A stretch of DNA of 63,359 bases, the filler included, from Licmophora abbreviata (taxonomy: Eukaryota): NCBI GenBank assembly GCA_900291995.1. It is 12 parts of 12 records of this genome, joined end to end, with 100 filler letters (N's around TTAATTAATTAA, not from the genome) between each part and the next. Parts side by side here need not be neighbours in the genome. Positions count along the whole stretch, not along the records: positions 41,249 to 58,147 come from OLMU01000650.1; positions 58,248 to 60,534 come from OLMU01000654.1; positions 60,635 to 63,359 come from OLMU01000655.1; 9 more parts are not named here. One strand, 5' to 3'. Both the position numbers and the translations under genes were made by a program. Numbering within the stretch: the first letter of the stretch is position 1; each line of letters starts with the position of its first letter. The notes below the pieces were generated by a model. That model was not told where the DNA came from, did not search any database, and saw only the letters and a list, made by a program, of their open reading frames with translations. Below, piece by piece: positions 57,732 through 63,359 of this stretch.

Positions 57732-58247
57732 GAGGAACAACATGGGCGTGAGCGAATGACTTGCCTTTGTAAATGATATGATGAAAGTATTGTGTGTGTG
57801 TATGTGTTGAACCCGAAACGCAGTTTCGCTGCGCATAACATAGTAGGTTTCACTAGTTTTGATTTCTGTAATATGAGTCCGTCAGTAGCCAACGTAGCAA
57901 CATGAATCTCCTCGAACAACGAAGTACAAGCTTTACCCTGGCCAGCAGTGAACAGTCGACCGTCGGCCTTTCCGATCGTTATCCTCAGCGGAAAAGTTAC
58001 TTGGTTAGTTTCCCGTCATACTTGGTTTGCAATGATTGTTATACTTGGTGATCAATGTTAGTTGGTTATTCCTCACAACCATCAGCGACCCTAGTAGGAC
58101 ATCGTAGTTCGTTGTCTTGGTCATCATACAGAAATGTCAAGGATGAANNNNNNNNNNNNNNNNNNNNNNNNNNNNNNNNNNNNNNNNNNNNTTAATTAAT
58201 TAANNNNNNNNNNNNNNNNNNNNNNNNNNNNNNNNNNNNNNNNNNNN

Positions 58248-59262
58248 CCAACATAGACGTAGTCGTTGACTGACCGCCAATCAATATCAAATGCACTTCG
58301 GGGTGAATTGCATTTTCAAGGTGTTCATGATTCAGCATGGTGTATAGCATGGCAGGAACGACCACAAGAGTATTGACGCCTCCCCTCGACGGCACCAGTG
58401 ACTTTAACACAGATTCTGTCTCAAATCCATTCGCAGGAACGTCTTGGGTACCGCTACAGATGGGAAACACAAGCGTCCCACCTGCTAGCAGCACCGCCAG
58501 CACACTGCTCAAGCCGCCCACATGAAAAAATGGTACAGTGGTAGCCTGCATACGTGTACTGCGGTTGTATTGGCAGGGGGCTTGGCACTTGGCACGTGCT
58601 TGAATGCACAGTGCCCTGTGCGATAGTCTTACGCCTTTGGCTCCGCCAGAGGTACCCGAAGTAAAGACCACCAGAGCGTCGTCTTCATCGTCGGTGTCGA
58701 GACGAGCGCCCACAAGATGAGCCTTCGAAGTATCATCGCTCACCATCATCTGACGTCGCAATAGCTCGAGGGAAAACGACGGTATCGGTAGACACCAAGC
58801 CATACTACGCGACACTATGAGCTCGACGGCTCGTCGTGCTTGCTCTTCATGACCCCGCCCAAACAAAATCAGAGTGCGACTGTTCTCGCACGACGACTGT
58901 AGAGCGGTAGATATTTCTGCAGGGGTCCATCTCGTGTTGAGAAGAACAACGTGGGCAGAATAATTATCGCCGTTAGAATTCAGTGTCGTCGCGGCCAACA
59001 GAGATATGAGGTAGTCGGGTGAATTCGACGATAGATATGCAATCACTGTATCAGAGCGATTTGCTCCGCTGCCAATACATCGCCGTATTAGCCATCGTCG
59101 GTGCTTCCGAGCTGCTTCGTATACATCACGATATGACAAGGTCGTCGGTGATGGCGGTGTGCCGTCGTCATCCTTGTCCGTACAATCATAGAAGGCGAAG
59201 CAAGGACAGCATGTCGTGCTGTCTTGCGCAACCGCTTGTTCGAGGACCTTCCATACTTTCAT
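58248..59262 (-). CDS. AMP-dependent acyl-CoA ligase, o-succinylbenzoate-CoA ligase (MenE/AAE14)-like, 3' truncated by gap
   Basis: AMP-binding signature 'VVFTSGTSGGAKGVRLSHRALCIQARAK' and 'PFFHVGGLSSVLAVLLAGG'. Confidence 0.75.
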
Positions 59263-59602
59263 CCTCTAAATTAAGAAAACGCTAGTCAAGTTGCTGTATC
59301 AGGCGTGCAGGAGGCTGAAATCAGCTGCCGTATCCTCTTTGCTTTACTGGCGACCGCCGCCATTGTCATGGTTGATGACGTGAATAAGTGGATTTCAAAG
59401 TTCAAAGAGAGTTCGCCCTCTGCGCGAAAAATACTGAGAAAAAGCGCGAAAACGCTTGCGCCGGACAGACGTGTCCTTCAGAAATCGTTGGCTCTCGATC
59501 GACGGCGCGAAAGCGACGAGCGAGAAGACGACGGCCATTCGTAAAAGACAGCGTCGTTGCTTTCACAACTGAGCTCGCCCTTACACCCCAATATACCCCA
59601 CC

Positions 59603-60098
59603 ATGTCGACGAAAATGCAATTCAACACATTTGGTAAGCCGATACGAAAAAAAGAATGGAAAGCGAATCGCAGATTTGGAATTTGAAACGTGCTGATGGG
59701 GGGCCATTGGCAGACAGTCGCGGGATAAATTGAGTTGCCTTGTAAGTTCTTCAGACTCACCTTGCCTTCTCTTTGTTACTTTTTCTCGCTGTCCAGACGC
59801 CTTTGAGGATGCTGGAGACGCCGGGGGTGCTGCCAGTGAAGAAAAGGTGCATGTTCGTGTGCAACAGCGAAACGGCCGAAAGTGTATCACGACGGTGGCT
59901 GGTTTGGCGGACGATTTGGATGTCAAGCGAATCTGCAAGGCCTTCAAGAAGAACTTTTCGTGTAATGGAGCTGTACAAAAAGACGAGGAGAGCGGTGAAG
60001 TGATTCAGCTATCGGGAGACCAGCGAACTAATGTTAAGGAATTCTTGGTGGATCAGGAGATTTGCCATGGAGACAGCGTCGTGTTGCATGGGTTCTAA
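59603..60098 (+). CDS. SUI1: Translation initiation factor eIF1/SUI1 (exons 59603-59633, 59797-60098)
   Basis: 'KVHVRVQQRNGRKCITTVAGL', 'FSCNG', 'VIQLSGDQR', terminal 'HGF'. Confidence 0.95.
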
Positions 60099-60792
60099 AG
60101 ACGAAGACAAAAGGCGAGGTATTTGGTGGGGCTGGATTGTTGTGGTGGGGGCGGGGGGAATGTCGACGAGAAGTGACGATCGCCTCTCCGTGTGTGTTGG
60201 CGTTCGTTTCCCAGCTAGAGTGTAGGTGGGCTCTTACCCGCCGCCGAAACTCATTGCACGTCGTAGAAGAAAGGTTATGTTTGTGCGTAAAAGTAGCGAT
60301 GAATATCAATCTTACGCCCGATTAGTAGCTACTTTGTCTTGTCGTCTGTCGAGAGAACGTAGCTCATCTACGCATTGATGTCAACCCGTAGTGTAGTCCA
60401 GTACTGTGGTGTTGTCTGGCTCTTGACTGTACCTAACGACTGACTTCCAAAGTCCACCTCATATTAGGCATATTCCGTCATGAGCGCTGCTCTGCGTACC
60501 ATACACGTTGTGACACTGTGGCTCTGTCTACTATNNNNNNNNNNNNNNNNNNNNNNNNNNNNNNNNNNNNNNNNNNNNTTAATTAATTAANNNNNNNNNN
60601 NNNNNNNNNNNNNNNNNNNNNNNNNNNNNNNNNNTGATTTTCAAGTCAGATCGCATCATCCACGACCAAGACTGCCACGTCATCATGATTTATGCAAGGA
60701 TCCTATTCTGCACGACTGAAAACGGTACTGCATTTATTGCGCTTTCACTTCATGACGCACAATTTTATTTTGAACTGCTCTCGAGAAAAAAA

Positions 60793-61713
60793 ATGACGGA
60801 AACTGATCTCGATTGGCTGCTCCCACCCCTTCTTCTTCCGGATCTCCAGGACGAAGAGGCAACGTCGAGCAGCGTCTGCAGCGGCCGCGTCGCTGTCGTT
60901 TCTCCTACTGGCAGTCCGCACAAGACTATGTCTACGGCAGTCAAGCCCAAAAAACGTCGGTACTGCCGCGTTCCGGGATGTCTCAAGATCGTCAAGTCGC
61001 AGGGCGTCTGTCAGCGGCATGGAGCCAAGACGCGCATGTGCAAAATGGACGGATGTCAGAAACAGGCTCAGGGCAACTTCGACGGGATGTGCAAGTCGCA
61101 TTTCAAGCAATGTCGGCTCGAATTGAAGGAAGATCCGATTCCTCAGGAGCAGCTTTCGCTCGATCCGCCTCCGCCGGAAGGAGAGAGCGTGTACGATCGT
61201 ATCTTGCCTGCCTCGCTAAGCTACCGCCCGACTGGTAGAGATGACGAGCTCATGCCTCTCGCGGCCTTTTTGAAGGAAGGCTTCGATGAATCCCGCCCCC
61301 GTGGATGGCATCGGAACCAAGAACGTCGCGCAAGAGGCCTCTGGCCGGTTGCGAATCCTGCGGTCCAGCTGGAGGGATGGGAGCGCGAGTTGGTGTGGAT
61401 GGAGACTTGCGCCCTGTCAGGGGTTCGCGAGGCAAGCTTTCGTCACTTGGCACGTGCCTGGGGTCGAGACAAGGGCTTTCACATGGTTCTGATGCAGTTT
61501 ATATGTGAACGACAAGGAGATGTGGAACGGAAGAAGCGTACGAGGGGGACACCTACCGTGAGCGGAACGAGTCGGCACGCGCCTGTCTCATATTCCGACG
61601 GAGAGTTCGATGACTTTGACTTTGATGAGATACCGCTTGATCTCCTCGATGTCTTTCACCACAACTACTACCATGTTGACGCTCAGAATGCCAGCAAGAA
61701 GGCGAAGCGGTGA
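60793..61713 (+). CDS. WRKY19-like Cx4Cx9-11Cx2H zinc-finger protein
   Basis: 'CRVPGCLKIVKSQGVCQRHG' and 'CKMDGCQKQAQGNFDGMCKSH', followed by an ordered-looking domain. Confidence 0.75.
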   Translation: MTETDLDWLLPPLLLPDLQDEEATSSSVCSGRVAVVSPTGSPHKTMSTAVKPKKRRYCRVPGCLKIVKSQGVCQRHGAKTRMCKMDGCQKQAQGNFDGMCKSHFKQCRLELKEDPIPQEQLSLDPPPPEGESVYDRILPASLSYRPTGRDDELMPLAAFLKEGFDESRPRGWHRNQERRARGLWPVANPAVQLEGWERELVWMETCALSGVREASFRHLARAWGRDKGFHMVLMQFICERQGDVERKKRTRGTPTVSGTSRHAPVSYSDGEFDDFDFDEIPLDLLDVFHHNYYHVDAQNASKKAKR

Positions 61714-62025
61714 TCTTTTGTTGATCTTTGTGTGTGTGTAACAGATGTAAACGAGCCGAATATGTTCGACAGGAGCAGCATATTCTAAGTCCTTGGCTCT
61801 CGACTTTCGCTGCATATTTTATTAAGATGAATTGTTTTGTTGTGTTATATGAATGACGCTAGTTAGATTGAATGGACTCCATTCTCCTGCAGTGTGAGAT
61901 TGATGGCGATGTGAGATTCTCTAACCCCGTCTGTCCGCCGACCATGTACGCGCATCGTTGTGTCGGGTTAGACGTTGCGCACGACACCCACAATGTGAGA
62001 GCGACGGTGGCGGCAGACTACAAAG

Positions 62026-63359
62026 ATGGCAGCGAGCAGATGTCTGAGCGCTATACCACGTCAAAGACCTTTTTTAATTCGTGAGGGTACGCTGGGAACC
62101 GGTCGGAGGAAGTTCCTTCTTGAGATTTTGAATCATGTCAGAATATCGATCACACGACGCCGGCTTGGCACTAGTGCGTCGGCCACTGGTACCGAGACGA
62201 AGTTTTTCCACGTCGAAGAGTATCCTGTCGGAGACAACAGCCTGCCAAGCTACAAGCGGTCTATCACTGTGTATACTCCTGCAGGTGCATCATCCGACTG
62301 GAAGGTCGTGAAGCGAAAACAGGCGGACAACGAAGGAGCTGCCGACAATGACACCCAGCCATCAGAATCCACCAACAGGTCAATTGTCGATTCTCTTCGA
62401 GACAATATCATTACCCATTTCCTCCCGGCGCGCTACCCTGAAAGTGTCGCCTCGGGCTACTCTCGTTTCGCTGGATTCGGGTTTTGCGCTTCGATCGCAG
62501 GAAGTGCCTCAATGGTCTTGTCGACACAGACCCTGCTGCTCGCAGTCGGCGTGGTCGGGTCCTCCCATCAAGCCTCAGTCATGGCGGGCGCCTTGAATTG
62601 GGTACTGAAGGATGGTATTGGTCAGCTCGGAGGTGTATGGTTTGCCTCTCGCATGTCTCGTGCTGGATCGGCGAGGTTCGATGCCGACCCCAAAACATGG
62701 CGCATCGTTTCGGCGCTCGCTTTGGATGGTGCTACGCTGTTGGAAATTCTGTCCCCGCTTGTGGCGCCCTCGCTGGTGCTGCCTACTGCGAGCGTGGCTA
62801 ACATTGGCAAGAACATTGGATTCCTGACAGCCAGTGCCAGCCGCGCAGCATTGCACCAGTCCATGGCGATATCGGGAAACTTGGCCGATTTGACTGCAAA
62901 AGCCGGATCGCAGAGCCTGGCGGCAAGTCTAATTGGAACAGCCGTGGGAATTGGGCTGTCCCCGATACTGGGAGATGTGCCAAATTATGCTCTGGGCTTT
63001 GTTATTTTGAGTGCGATTCATCAGGGGTGCAACTATGCTAGTCTGAAAGCCGCGCCATTGTTTCATTTGAATCGACATCGGTTGCATCTCTTGCTGGATG
63101 AGTACATATCGAGCACGAAAGTTCTGAATCCGCATGAGGTTGCTGAACGCGAATTCATTCTCCCTTTCATGAAGAAAGACCAAACAAGCATGTGGCTCTC
63201 GATTGGTACGAGCCTTGGAACAATGTGCCCCAAAGGCCCGCATGAGCTCGACCAGCTCATTTCAGCATGCTCCGGCGAAAAGTATGTGGTTACAGTCCTG
63301 GACAATATGACACATTTGGTCTTCTTTAAGGATGCATCAGGCGAAGATCTCATGCGAGG
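62026..63359 (+). CDS. RUS1/DUF647 family protein (runs off window end; absent from ORF track)
   Basis: Frame-1 ORF from ATG 62026 with Arg-rich transit-like N-terminus; 'HFLPARYPESVASGY', 'MVLSTQTLLLAVG', 'ALNWVLKDGIGQLGG', 'FDADPKTWR'. Confidence 0.88.
   Translation, partial: MAASRCLSAIPRQRPFLIREGTLGTGRRKFLLEILNHVRISITRRRLGTSASATGTETKFFHVEEYPVGDNSLPSYKRSITVYTPAGASSDWKVVKRKQADNEGAADNDTQPSESTNRSIVDSLRDNIITHFLPARYPESVASGYSRFAGFGFCASIAGSASMVLSTQTLLLAVGVVGSSHQASVMAGALNWVLKDGIGQLGGVWFASRMSRAGSARFDADPKTWRIVSALALDGATLLEILSPLVAPSLVLPTASVANIGKNIGFLTASASRAALHQSMAISGNLADLTAKAGSQSLAASLIGTAVGIGLSPILGDVPNYALGFVILSAIHQGCNYASLKAAPLFHLNRHRLHLLLDEYISSTKVLNPHEVAEREFILPFMKKDQTSMWLSIGTSLGTMCPKGPHELDQLISACSGEKYVVTVLDNMTHLVFFKDASGEDLMR

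Noticed and set aside
60124..60158. G-rich tract in the eIF1 3' UTR (possible G-quadruplex)
   Set aside because: Only three runs of three or more G with irregular spacing. Weak support.

Overview
Gene-dense eukaryotic nuclear DNA, most consistent with a pennate diatom: short GT-AG introns, bipartite signal+ASAF-type plastid presequences, and a Delta6-type elongase closely resembling Thalassiosira ELO1 as I recall it. Contigs are joined by 11 artificial 100-nt N44-TTAATTAATTAA-N44 linkers, and several genes continue across them. About 35 protein-coding loci are present, including NTH1, retinoblastoma-related protein, MnSOD, YGGT, elongase, COPI beta', two tandem nucleotide-sugar transporters, ALDH6, intron-containing H2A.X, an amidase, CBM20-TPS-TPP, WAPL, MAP1, two mitochondrial carriers, a MenE-like ligase, eIF1 and a RUS/DUF647 gene missed by the ORF track. 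No rRNA, tRNA, CRISPR array or intact transposon was recognised. The most notable items are unusual domain architectures: a soluble WW-domain + GT7 glycosyltransferase, a bHLH + F-box fusion, a CBM20-TPS-TPP with degenerate catalytic motifs, and a SIM/RanBP2-ZnF/atypical bromodomain protein. Also notable are E2F sites upstream of the RB gene, a bacterial-type DUF4386 gene with an intron, and a decayed kinase. All family calls come from motif recognition by eye; no database search was run.
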